Below, one piece after another: positions 1 through 11,550 of a stretch of 64,000 nt of DNA. Numbering within the stretch: position 1 is the first letter of the stretch; each line of letters opens with the position of its first letter. The notes under the pieces are model-generated. The model was given only the letters and a program-made list of their open reading frames with translations, was not told where the DNA came from and did no database searches. Location of the stretch: positions 372,001 through 436,000 of the forward strand of contig JAYWIR010000049.1 in assembly GCA_036172245.1 (NCBI GenBank), written 5' to 3'. A program made the translations under genes and the position numbers. This DNA is from Raillietiella orientalis. Its lineage: Eukaryota.

Positions 1-37
1 CAGAAGTCCGCTCTGCGCTACAGCTGCAGAGATGGGC

Positions 38-640
38 TTACTGGGTTGAAAAATTCGGGGAAAGAAAAAAAATCGATGACGATGATTCCTCGAGGCTGGA
101 CTCAATGTATTCTTGACAGCAGCGCTCGAGGTCTATGTCGCGGACGGGTTGGGCAATCCACCACGAAATGAGAATGGCCGTCTCAGAGAGCGATGAAGAC
201 GGAGCGCTCCTGGCCTCGCCTCGCTTGGCAGCGATGTGCATCCATCCGCAAAGGGTCGGAAGCGAAGATCTATTTCCCTTTCCGGCGTGCTACCGGTCAG
301 GTACGCCTTCCTGATGCCTCCCGACAGCCATCTGAAAAATGGTACCTTCGATCGGAAGCTTCCCTGATCGGGGAACCCAGAACCCAGCGGCGCGCAGATG
401 TTTGGTGACGTCACGCTCGCGAGCAAATAATGATGAGTAGAGCGCTGCATCTCTTTCGCACGGTCGCCGGTGATGGCGAGGCCCCACGTGGCCGACTCTG
501 GGCGGCACGTGCAAGGATCCTCCTGGAGCAGTTTGGGCATTGTTCTTTGAGGCCTCTCTGGACCCACCTTCCAGGTAAGTCCTCGGACCAGACCGCGGGC
601 AGTCCCAAGGTGACATTTTGCACTTCCTCCATGAAGCGCT
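38..640 (-). mobile_element. Decayed RLE non-LTR retrotransposon C-terminus (CCHC knuckle + RLE)
   Basis: Frame-hopping minus-strand translation in canonical order: CPNC..(ET)LA, MQRSTHHYLLA (RH motif), EIDLRFRPFADG (DVxCPFEnG-like), LERCCQEYIESS (terminal helix). Confidence 0.55.
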
Positions 641-1049
641 ATTCTGCCCGGCTGCCCGCTGCATACCTACCCCTCCTCCTGAATCTCGGGAACGCATTCA
701 CAGGAATCTGGAAGTAACATTGCTGTTCGAAGACCTGGAGTCCCTGTAGCCTTTGGCAGAGTTTCTGCTCCGTTCCGAAGGAAGAAGAAAGGAGTATTGT
801 TTCTGAGTCGCTCGGGAATCCATGGCTTCATTAGACTAGTCAAGAGGAATCCTACTTAACGCTTCCGTCTATCTACGTGCTTTACTCCTCCAGCCACATC
901 CATCGATCTAAACCCTTTGTTTACCTACTCTTACGGCAGATTCCTTCGTTTTCCTGTTTAATTTGTTCCTGTTTTTGCAAGCTGATTGCCAGCTAGTCTG
1001 TTCCCTTAAATGCGTACATGAAACAATCATGGCGGCTGAAGCCGCCATG

Positions 1050-1400
1050 TTGCCTCAAACGGAGGTTACAAAAAAATTCTGTGAAAAATATCTAGGTCGC
1101 GTCGGGACTAGGCTATTTCTCCCGGGCATCCTGGTGAAGGCGTCGGCACTGTGTCCGTACGTGCGTCACGTGTACTGCGTATAACTGTAACGACCTACGA
1201 AATCCCAGCGTTCCTGCAAGCTCGATGAATGCACCTAAGCGGCGCCATCTCCCTTGGTTTCGATCCCTCACTGTTGCCAGGAACACGGTTGCTGGCGACC
1301 TCAATCCGGCGATGTCCTTCAGCATAGTGGTCAAAGTTTAAGGAGATATGGCGATCTGCTACAAAGTGAAACTGCCGCAGGACCAAATCGTTGACTCCCT
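1050..1400 (-). mobile_element. Decayed RLE retroelement, linker/CCHC region
   Basis: RDRNQGR (KxDQG-like) ... SLQLYAV..RTQCRRL (RLNxL..CRRC-like). Confidence 0.4.
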
Positions 1401-2529
1401 GAGCGAACGGAACGCAGTGACTCGCCCTCCAGCAATCAGAACGTCAAGTGGAACAGTAGAGGGAGAAGTCAGCAAGGATTTCTGAAGGCCGCAAACTGCT
1501 GGTGAACCCCCCAGAACGAGTATTCTTCCTTGGAGCGTTTCGTCCAGCTTCCAGATCATCCAGAAACCTGTGTGAGCGACCCAAGGAGTGCATTTTCGGA
1601 CGGGCTAAACTCTGCGACCAGAATCCGTCATCCCTTTGACCTCAACAGCGGAGGTCTTCGTCGTGGGATCAATCAGGATAGGATGAGGAAACAGAGGAAC
1701 TCGGTAAAAATCTCTTACCACCTCACCTTAGGACTCTGGATCGTTTCCAGTTTACCGGAATTGCTTCCGTCTTCTGTCGACCGGGCTGGTGAGGGCCGAC
1801 GGACGAAGAGCAGCCAGCAGCGAGGGTGTCCGTCCTCGGCGCGAGCGTCGCGGCTGGGATTCGAACCCAGTCTCTTTCCTTCCTCACGCGGAGCTTCCCC
1901 GAGCTTTTTCCACGCTCGCGAGGTGTCCCGGGTGGTGCGCGTCCAGCAAGTGTTCCGAAAGTATGTCGGACCCCCCGCCGCCGGAAGAGGAATCGAGAAC
2001 ATGCGATGAGGAGTCCGTAGCAGCGCATGACCTCCCTCGGGACGTTTGCCGATTAGGAGCTGCCTACTACTTGCTCTCTTCCCTAATTGCCCGCCATTTG
2101 CTTTCGAAAATCCCTATTGGGAAATGACTCGCTTTATTCACGGCCTCTGCGGAGCGCGCTCCTCACTATTGGGAGTTTCCCTCGAGCCCTTTCCAATTTT
2201 TTTTGTTGTTGCCGTTGTTTAGGAAAACTGGGAGCAGTGGGGTTGCAGCACGTTGGATGCTTTTTTCTCATTCTTGGGAGAGGGTAACCTTTTCCCGTTT
2301 CGCCTCGGCAACTGACGGTGCTAGCTTCTCCTTCGCCTTGTTTCCCTCGCTCCTGCGGGTGCGTCCGCGGACGCGTGGTGAACCTTTCGATCCGCGTGGG
2401 GAGAAGGCTGTTCGGGATGGAGGAGGAAGAAGGTCTGGGCAGAAGAGGGCGCGCGCGGTGCCGCCACGGGAGGAATGAGCTTTAGGACTCTTCTTCAGCT
2501 CCTGATCCATATGAGACCGAGGAGCTAAT

Positions 2530-3070
2530 GGTCTCAACAGCTGGTGCCTACAGAGGATGCATTAGCCTCTTCCTCCCGGAAGTGCTCCCGTTTTCCCTTT
2601 CCCTTGCTCCGCTGAATACTGTGCGGAGCATCAGTCTCTGGCCACTCTGGGCTGCCGTGGAGGGTCAAGCCGATCCAGGCGCCCTCGAGGGAGTGCTGCC
2701 TAGCGCCGAGGGAGATTCGAATCCTGTTACGACAGAACGTTTATTTAAATGCAAAAATAAAGTACAAGGTACAAGTTCCCCGCCTCCTTCAAAAAAGTTC
2801 ATCCGGGGTAACCACAGGCAGGAGGGTCGGCTTCCGAAAAGTAGGAAATGGAGGGAGAGGACAATAAATAGATAAAAAAAAATGGGATGGTGGGGACTGG
2901 GGGTCTTTGATGTGAGATGTTCCTTTCTTTCTAAAAGCGAATGTGGACAGTGGCGATCTCTCTGGAGCCTTATTCTGGCAGATGAGGCTACCTTGCCTGT
3001 GTCCTCATGAGGAGGACTGCTACAATCTGTTGGCCTCTCTTCACCGCGAATCCGACTGCAGAACGTAGCG
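2530..3070 (+). mobile_element. Family B RT relic (pre-RT, domains 0-1)
   Basis: RCSFLSKSECGQWRSL and AISLEPYSGRxGYLACVLMRR match the TLxPK..NWRPISL..YKxxAxxLxxRL region; DNA homology to 19140-19440, 56990-57290 and 29330-29420. Confidence 0.55.
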
Positions 3071-3099
3071 GGCCGTGACCATGGCGCAGATGCAACCAA

Positions 3100-3450
3100 C
3101 GCAACCACTGAAGGAGGCGGATCTCTGTCTCCTTCTCGTGCTTCCAGGGAAGCACATCAGTCTCCTGCATCCGCAAGCACATCGTGAAGCCTTTCAGGGC
3201 CAGTTCAGCAGGATGCCGGGACGCCTCTCTGCACGTCTGACCTCCTGCTAGATGAGAGAGAGACGGCATGAGAGAGCTGAGAGGCATCCCGAGCCAAAGA
3301 GTCTAGTCACCATCCAGGACGGAGTTACCGGCGTAACCACCATGCGCCCGATGTGAAGTGCAGAGAGGCAGATTGAAATGCGAAGTAAATAGGGGCCTTC
3401 AAGACAACTGCAGACAGACCACTTGGCGACCATCCATGGAGTCCCACTTT
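3100..3450 (-). mobile_element. RT domain 0 relic
   Basis: LALKGFTMCLRMQETDVLPWKHEKETEIRL resembles LxxLFNxCL..PxxWK..TxLI. Confidence 0.4.
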
Positions 3451-3559
3451 CACCAAACCCCGAGCGGAAGTTCTTCTCTGCCTCCGGAGTTCATCAGGCA
3501 CGGTCTTGCTGTGAAGTCGCTGAACAGCTGCACGAGACGACCTTCGGAAGATCCAGGTC

Positions 3560-4020
3560 CATGAGAGAGCTTTGACCTCGGATTGTCTCCGAAGGGTACC
3601 TCGGAGGGAACCCTTCGGAGGTACCCTTCAGAGCCCACAAGGGAACCGCTCCTTGTTGCTCCTCCGCTCTGAGAACCCCCAAGGGAGCAGCAGGCTTCTT
3701 GCACTGTGGAGAGGCCACCCTCGAGAGAGGCATCAACTCATAGTACCAGATAGAGGGTCCTTTCGAGGAGAAGACGGGTCCACTCTTACAATCGGAGGAA
3801 ACCTTGAAGAGCTCCTTTGATTCTGGGAGGACCCCGGAGGGTCAACTTCCAACTTCGGCCAGTCGACGGAGCGTCCGCTTTCCACTGGCCTCCAGACCAA
3901 AATAGTCCAACCAATGTCATCCTGCGGGGGAAGAGGGACTCGAAACCCATGACTCACTTCCCGTTCTCGGAGTCGATCATTTCCCTCAGGCGGGATTCGA
4001 ACCCGCGACGCATGGTGTTG
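3560..4020 (+). mobile_element. Family A repeat copy (R2-like CCHC/RLE region)
   Basis: DNA homology to 14440-15090, 40310-40760 and others. Confidence 0.6.
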
Positions 4021-4230
4021 CTCTATCCAGAGTGCAAGAAGCGCGCGCTTCCGGAAAAAGGGCTCGCTTCTCGGAGGGCTTCAGAGAAATTGGGAAACGT
4101 CCCTCTGAGACTCTCTTCAGAGGAGAAAACCGAGAGCAGCTCCCTTTTAAATTCCCTTGGGTAAAGAAACGTGGGATGGCTGCCTCTGGGAAGTCCCTCC
4201 GGAGAGAACAAAGAAGTTTGGTTCCTTTTG
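4021..4230 (-). mobile_element. Family A partial copy, inverted and abutting the previous copy
   Basis: ccagagtgcaagaagcgcgc...ctctcttcagaggag...ctccggagagaacaa matches 20971-21140 and 9618-9725. Confidence 0.55.
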
Positions 4231-6129
4231 AAGACCAATAGGGTGAGGGTGTTCCCTTTGGTGTTTCCTTCCAAGTGTAAGAAGGGAGCCTCTGGAACCT
4301 TTCCAGATTCATGGGGTGGCTCCTCACCTGAAAAGTCACATGCACCCTGGGAACAGCGCAAAAGAGAGGTTTGTGAGCCCCTTCAAAGGTGACGACCGGT
4401 TCTTCAACAGTCGGTGAACCCCCAAAAAGGAAAGCCTTAAGCGCAGTCGTGGCTTCTGAAGGCGCCGGACCAGCAGGGATGCCATTCACATTTCGTGTTT
4501 TTTTCTCGAGACAACGACAATGTGGCTGCGCCTCTGGCGCTGCAAGGAGGAACTTGGACATCCTGGACATGGATGACGAGCACGCCAAGGGAGTCTACTG
4601 AGATCCCCATACTTGTGTCCTTCCTCCCCTTACAATTTTGTAGAAGAAAAAAAACGGGTTTTTATTTGTTTTTTTTTCTCCCTTCTATTTTCTTTCTCCG
4701 TGCGGACCTCGCTGGGCAACCTTTCTGCGAGTAGAGACGCCTCTTGGCCTTGGACTGATGCACGGGGCTTTGCAGCCCCCACAGCGAAGAACTGACCCCT
4801 CGGCTTGTTTTTCTTTCCGTCGAGTGTTTACGTGTAAACACAACTGTACACTGGACTCGCCAGGGGTGTCCGGCTGTAAACAAGGAGCCACAGGAACCCC
4901 TCAAGTGGCACTGCAGGAGTGCTCAACAGGCAACCGTCTCTGGCGGCGAAAAACAATCTTCCAGGAGAAGACATGGGATGGGAGGAAACGGAAGAAGAGA
5001 AAGGAGGAGGACAGGATGAAACAGGAGGCGGTGAGTAACCGCTACCTGCCAGGTGGCGGACGGGAGGGAGGGAAAGAGGGGGAAGGGTATGGAAAAGTGA
5101 AGCCATTTTCGGCCTCTCCCGGAATTCCGGTTTGTCCTGACTTTCGGATCCAGCCGGGACCACCCAGCAGTCGTCCTTCGGGAGGCTGTCTTGAAGGTGG
5201 GTCGCCCTTCGCTGTACCTCCTCGCATCCCGAGAGCTCGTGGCGGATTGCGACGGTAGCACGGACGCAGCATCTCGCAGAAGAGTCCACCTGCAGCAGAA
5301 GACGCCCTCCTGGAGCAGGAGCGCAAACGGCCGTCCCACCACGGTTCCTCGAGGCTCCGCGGTCCAGCGAGAATTATAGTGCCACCTAAATCCTGCGGCC
5401 GCTCGGGACGCAGCTTCCCAGGAAACGAGGGTGCACGCGGCCGGCTTCACCGGAAACCCCGGTGGAAATGACTCTGGGTTTCCGGTTGCTCTCGTGAGTG
5501 CCCACAGGGCGAGGATGCCGAGATGCGGAGGTTCTCTGTTCATGGAAACCGATAAATAAGTTTCTTCTCTACGCTTGAGGTGCATGGGCCGAACGTTGGA
5601 CCATCTACATGGAAGCCGGCTGTGGTGGAGGTCTGAAATGAGGAGAATTGAGGGAATGGCACCTGAGGAAGCAGCTGAAGAAGGAAGAGAAGAAATGGGG
5701 AATACCGGCTAGCTTCGCTTTCTGTAATGCATTATTATCACACGCTTCCGGTTTCTGGCAGATGACCTCCTTGGTAGAAGAGCGTCTTGGGATCTCTTGC
5801 AGCCGATCAGTACGCGTGGTTGCTTCCAGGATCCATGAGCACCTGAGCCACAGTTCTTGAGCGTCTCTCCAGAAGAGCTTGGTCGCTTCCACTGCCTTAG
5901 GACAGCACCGCTACCGCGCGAGTCACAAGAGACCCGAAAATCAGCACTGCCTCCCACAATTGGTAATAATCTCCAGAGATAGCAACAGCAACCGAGCCGA
6001 AAAGGACACGGACCCCAGGGTCATCTAGTAGACTCGCATGCAGCGAGCATTGAGACTTGGGGGATTCGGATGATGGGCGCATGAGTCCTGTGGACTCTTG
6101 GAGGGAGAGTGGCGGCCTTTCAAATCCTT

Positions 6130-6400
6130 ACGGACAGCTCCTTTCTGCTGCTCCGTTTCCAGAGTGCTCCGGCGCTGTGGAATGTTTTATCCCGGAGCTG
6201 CAAGAGGATTTGTGTAGCCTTCTTTTCCGTACCTCACCCTGGAGTGCGGTGCTCTTCTGCTGGAATGAGAGGCTAGCTGTACCCAATCGATACCCTTCTG
6301 GATTTCCTAAGGTCGCACCCCTGTACTCCCAGTGTCTTCACGCTGAATTCAGTGGCCGTGACGGTGGTAGACGCCCATATGGGGAAGAAGGGACCAGGAA
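6130..6400 (+). repeat. Dispersed repeat, homologous to 9045-9330; possibly N-terminal zinc-finger region of an RLE element
   Basis: Shared blocks e.g. gtacctc(a/c)cc(c/a)tggagtg(c/a)ggtgctct(t/c)ctgc, and (t/c)acccaat; Cys-rich decayed translation. Confidence 0.5.
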
Positions 6401-7619
6401 AATAGACTGCTCTGGTACGAGGTCGAGCCATCAGATGATCTCCGGAGGACATGGGAATGGGGTCGCTCGCGCAATGCGAAGACCCAGGAATAAAAGGACT
6501 GATGCCGGAGAGCCTCGCTGACCTCATCCTCACTCCGCTGACTTGTGAATTTCCCTCCCTTTCCCCTTGGGCATCTAGCTATGGCTGAGTTGAATGACGC
6601 GTGGGCGTTTTCCTGAACGGATTCGAGCCAGAAAAAAAAGTTTCCCATATACCACCATGAGTTCATGGGAATAACTTCAGACGCCCTAGAGCGGCAGGGT
6701 TTGAGCCTTCTCTTTTTCTCATAGAGATGGAACCACTTCAGCATCTTCCTGATTATGGAGCGGTCAAAACACAGGCGGCCTCTTTGTTTGCCGCCGGCTC
6801 AGCCGCGGCAGGCGGAGGTTTTTCGACTGATTTCCCGACGACGTGACTCGGGGTCGACGGAGTTGGAAAGGGTCTCCAGCACCCGTCGGACGCAAAGGAA
6901 TGCCGCAGCAGCTCTTGGGAACGTCTTCTAGGGAAAAGGAGATCCGCCTCAAGCGATCCCCTGCCGTTTGCTCTCGCCGACAGAGATCCTGCGTGCTGGA
7001 TGAAGAGCCATGCCATTCCAGAAGACATGGCTCTTTGAGAGGAAGAGAATTTCGGAGCTGTTCCTGCTCGCCTATCGAGGGAATGGAAAGCTGACCGCTA
7101 GATCTCCAGCGCGCGACGATTCCTGGTTTCCAGCCTAAGTCTCAACCCTGAAAATAGGGATCTGCAGCCTCTCCCCCTACCGAGCAGACGCTTCAAAGGC
7201 GAGCGGATGAAACGGGACTCACTGAGTCAGGTGGTGCTCTGCACCCTGGCGGAATGACCGCGAATGCATTCCAAGAGATGACTCCGCTGCTATTTATTGC
7301 CAACTCGCTGAAATTTTTATGCACTTAGTTTACGATGCGGAGTTCTTCGTTTCCGGTAGGAATGCAAATTGGTCGATCATAAACCAGAGCGTGCAACGTC
7401 CTCATTTATATTTTAAGAAACGTAAAAACGGAGAAGGGTAGTCTTGCTACCTAGCAACGGATAACGTGCGCGGTAACAAGACGTCCATCCCTCCCCCCCT
7501 TCCGAAATTTCCTGTTTCACCTACCCTGCGTATTCTGAGCATGTAAGCAATGGCACACGAAATCCTCAGGATGCATCCGAAATTGGAGCTGCTCCCAAGA
7601 ACAGTCCTATGAATTCTTA

Positions 7620-8450
7620 ATTCCGCGCCACGTCCCATGTGTCGTGCCGATGGCCACCACACGCCAGCGCCGTCCACGTTCGGACAAGGGCCAGGAGTGT
7701 TGCAAATTCGAGAGAGGCGGGCGAGACGAAGCAAGTCCCATTGCAGGTTACCTAGCATACGAGATCTCCAGAGCAGGAACTTCAAGCTGTCCAAGTCGGG
7801 CAGCTTGAAGCCCTCCGGAAAGTCGACTTCAAAGGGCTCCTCGTTTAGTCTCAGTGGTCATCGACGGGCAGTGCACGTGTTTCCAGCATGATGATTTATG
7901 ATGAACACCTACTTTGCTTCCACTGGAGGCTTTGACTTCGTCAATATGACGACGTTGCAGCTGCCCGTGATGCTGTCGACCAGAGCGAGGTCCAGATCAG
8001 TCGCCTGATGGATGTCGAACAAGATAGTGACCGGAAGCGTTCCTAGCAAGTACTGGCTGGTTCTGGGTGAGTCCTCTGATCAGAAAGGTGGTCGTCCGCA
8101 GCGAGTGGACTTTGACTCGTCCACCTTGGGAGGCATCACCACGGTGCTGGTCTGCTTCGTGATGGACTGGAGGTTAGCGTCGCCCTCCACGAACACCTCG
8201 ACAATCATGTAGGTCATCAAGGGCACCTTTTCCATGTTTGTCAGCCAGCTCAGATTCCATAGGCTTTCTCTATGATGTCCAGCTTCCAGTAGCTCCTCTT
8301 GATGAACACCGTATTCTGGCGAAAGTGCACCTGCAAGTTGAACTTGGTCCAGCCATTGCAGTGATGAACGAATCCTGTTTCGCGGTCGCCTACGATATGG
8401 GAGGCGGGTTGTTGGGAGCATAGGGCAACGGTGCACTGTCATTAGTTCTA
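7620..8450 (-). pseudogene. Non-LTR reverse transcriptase pseudogene, colinear motifs 2-7, GC3-rich lineage
   Basis: HIVGDRETGFVHHCNG (QxGF..DG), YWKLDIIEKAYG (LDxxKAF), KVPL..IVEVF, YLLGTLPVTILF..DLALVDS (YADD region), LKFL (KYLG); frameshifts and stops. Confidence 0.7.
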
Positions 8451-9044
8451 GATGAAGCTCAGATGAAGCTAGGCCAGATGAAGAGCGGATAGCTAACAGG
8501 CAGCCTCGTGACGTTCTCGTAATGTCCCGGACTAGAACGCGAAGGAGAAAACGTTGAAAAATGATCTCTCCCGGGAAGTCGTGTCAACTGATCCGTGCTC
8601 AGGGGGTGTGCGGCTCCATGCCAGACCCGCTAGGGTCGTCGTCACCGCGAGGGGTCTGCAACTTCAGGCTGGCTCCAGACCGATCTCCAAGGTCGCTGGC
8701 CTTGGCAGGAGAGTGGCTTAGAGGGCCACGATCAGGAGGATTGTAGCAACGCCACCATCCTCCTGACCATAGGAACCGGCACTTTCCCTGGAATCTGGCG
8801 CCGCAACACAGTGTTTGCGTTCGTTGAGAAACACCAGCTCTGTTTGGCTAAGTCGGTCGGATCCTTGGCCTTCCTAGGATGGGTCAAAGTCATTTCTTCA
8901 AGACCTCCAACGCTTCTCTTTGAAGGACGACGCCTTCTCTCCTCTTCCTTCTCGCTTCTATGGGTGCCGCCTATTCTGGGCTAATGATGAGAAGGAAGAG
9001 GAAGACGAGGTGGAAAAGGAAAACACAGATTGGTGGTTCTTGGA

Positions 9045-9330
9045 ATCGAACATGCTGCTTCGTCTCTAGCGTACGGATGCCGCTACGGGAGGTTCTTTCT
9101 CGGAGATGCATGAAGACGATCTGTGGTCTTCTTCCCAGTACCTCCCCATGGAGTGAGGTGCTCTCCTGCCGAAACGAGAAGAGCCAGATGCACCCAATTG
9201 AAACACCTCTGTGTTGCCTACAGCGTGATTCCTATACCCAAAGGGAATTGATCCGAGTGAAGAAGACTTTACGCGGATTACAGCAAGCGATGATGGGAGA
9301 TAGCACGCCCGGTGACGTATTCGGGAATCT
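9045..9330 (+). repeat. Second copy of the 6130-6400 repeat
   Basis: DNA homology; RCMKTICG..., DSYTQRELI resembles C2H2 finger remnants. Confidence 0.5.
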
Positions 9331-9419
9331 CTTGCTCTTTTTATTGTATTGCAATTCTAAGTCCCTTCTCCCTGTAACTCTTGGAACGTTCCAGGTTGCA
9401 CCCTATAAATTTTCCATGC

Positions 9420-9850
9420 CCGCCTTGGTGACCGTGCAGCTGCGGTCTCTCCGCCCGTGGCACCAAGCGCTCAGGATTCGAATCCCCACGCGGAGGGTCG
9501 ACACCAGAAAAATGGATGCGTCGTGCGTTTCGAGTCCACTCGAGCAATTACGCCGGTTGGCTATGCTTGGATTCCGTTGCACCACAGGTGGGAGCCACAT
9601 ACCCCACTCTTCAGAGTGGGCTCTCTTCAGAGGAGTCACATGGAGCGGATCCCTTCTGGGTTCCTTCCGAAGACGAAACGAGGGATGCACCCACTCCGAA
9701 AGAGGCTTCTTTGGAGAGAACAAGGGAAGGGTTCTCTTCGGAGACAAGCAGTGCTAGGGTTCCCTCCAAGCGTGAAAGAAAATAGAATCCTCGTGTCTGG
9801 AGTCTTCTTGGGTTCATAGGGTGCTACCTCCGGGTTTGCTCCCTACAACA
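9420..9850 (-). mobile_element. Family A copy with ~185 bp internal deletion
   Basis: 9618-9820 is a close reverse complement of 14531-14731; 9440-9605 of 14917-15085. Confidence 0.7.
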
Positions 9851-10600
9851 TGAAGAGCTGGACAAATCCTTGGATGTGACGTGGACAGTGCTATTTCCAG
9901 GTGATTTTTGGAGGTTCTCTTTTTTCATGCTAATGCTGCGAATGCTTGCAGCACTTAAACCCGAAAACCGAGCTCAGGTCTCGAACAGGAAGTGGGTCGT
10001 GTCCTTCGATCGTCTTTTCAGCATCTCCGTCGGCCAAGCAGACACTGAAGCGCGAGTTAATTTCGGCAACGCACGGAGCAGATCAATCAACGGTCTGCCG
10101 CCGCTTTCGGTCCATGATTCTCCAGCTTGCGATACCCCCCCTGAGAACGCGGAAAAAGTTGTTTCCTTCATCTGATGGATGACCACGGCTGAAAGTCCAT
10201 CTTCAGCATGCAGCTCGAGCTTTATTCTTCCTCCATCATTTAAGGTTGCCATCACCATTCTAGCTTTCCTTCTTTCAGTTGAGCATCCCGTTTCGGGAAT
10301 CAATGCTTTCTACTCTTCCTACTACAACATATCGGCTTTGCTCTAATTACTGATCATTTCGTGATGATCAAGTACAAAGCGATAAAGCGATAACACTCTG
10401 ATAGTGTTAAAGATTAATGAAGAATGAGTAATTGTGCTGCAGCCAAAGAAGGGAGGACTCAGTGTAAAAGGACTCATTCATAAAGGAAATGCTACAAATC
10501 ATTAGTTTGATCATATTTGTTTTGGTTGCCATGACATTTCCTTTGCCAAGAATTGCTTCCACTGAGTCGTGGGCTTCGGAATCCTGATTCTTTCTTTCAG

Positions 10601-10970
10601 TTCAGAGTTTCCATGGAGCGCCCTGAACCAGTAATAGATATTCAGAAAACAAGTGAACCGGCTATCATATTGGCTGTGGGAAGAAAAAATTTGTCTTACT
10701 CTTCAGCTGCTGATAGTTTGCGTAACTGCAGCATTCCTTGCTGTGCTGAAGGCCTGTTTTTACGTAGATGCTTCTCCGAAATGCTCGTGTCGTCACCTTT
10801 CCCGAGACGAGATACAGCTAAGTGTGCGGGAAATGGAAACTATCGTTTATTTGAAAGCGGCAGCCATGCACATCCGCCCCTGCAACTCGTGGAGCAGCAC
10901 GTTTTCTGTCGTCGGAATCAAATCTTTGTTTGGCATTTCGATAAGCAAAGGAAGAAAGACAAAAACTGCT
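10601..10970 (+). pseudogene. Possible decayed exon of a DNA-transposon accessory ORF (SAMD3-like/CACTA-associated type)
   Basis: Acceptor-like tttctttcag before 10601; PAIILAVG, AAFLAVLKACFYVD.SPK, LQLVEQHVF, LFGISISKG across frames; weak motif recall only. Confidence 0.25.
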
Positions 10971-11189
10971 AGGTGCTGCGACGAGAATGCAGCCTTCGTA
11001 TCGAGGAATGCAGCCTCGCTGCTTCTGGGAAAAGATGCATCATCGTGAGGTCTGATGAAGCTCAGATTAAGCTACTCGAAAAGTGGGAGTGTCCGCGTAG
11101 GTCAAAAAGCCTTGGGCTTCCTCGTGAAGTTCTTGCAAGGTTCCCGACCAGATTGCGGACATCGGAAGGAGGAAATGTGAACGATACCG

Positions 11190-11550
11190 ATTTCTGTCCT
11201 GAATTTCACACTCTGTCCTGCATATTGCTCTCTGTCCTGAATGTCCTTCTCTGTTCTGATACACTGAATTTCACTCTCTATCCTCGATATCGATCTATGT
11301 TGTGGAGGCCACTCTATGACCTGAAAATCACACTATGTCCTGCATTCCACACTATGTCCTAAATGGCTGAATTCCATTCTCCGTCCTGGATGCTGCACCA
11401 TGACATGGACACCTCTATCTGTTCTAGATGTCTTTTTCTGTTCCGAATGCTGCAATCCATCCTGAATGTCTCCTTTCGTCCTCGATATCACTCGCTGTTT
11501 TGAATGCTGTTGCACTATGTCCCGGCTTTCACTTCCCGTCCTGGGTGCCG
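11190..11550. repeat. Degenerate 19-bp minisatellite (consensus about TGTCCTGAATTTCACACTC)
   Basis: tgt(c/t)ctg recurs at 11195, 11214, 11233, 11252 (19-bp spacing) and further degenerate units follow. Confidence 0.8.

Noticed and set aside
2653..2735. tRNA-Ser/Leu-like gene (gccgtgg...gattcgaatcctg)
   Set aside because: No proper cloverleaf; the segment reads through as pre-RT coding sequence of family B.
7860..8230. CRESS-virus Rep / SF3 helicase-like reading (VTILFDI as Walker B)
   Set aside because: No Walker A; neighbouring peptides fit RT motifs 2-7 in the correct order.
8960..9757. 265-aa ORF
   Set aside because: Runs across two unrelated repeat fragments, partly antisense to family A.
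11190..11550. CRISPR-like array
   Set aside because: Contiguous degenerate tandem units without unique spacers; eukaryotic context; no cas genes.
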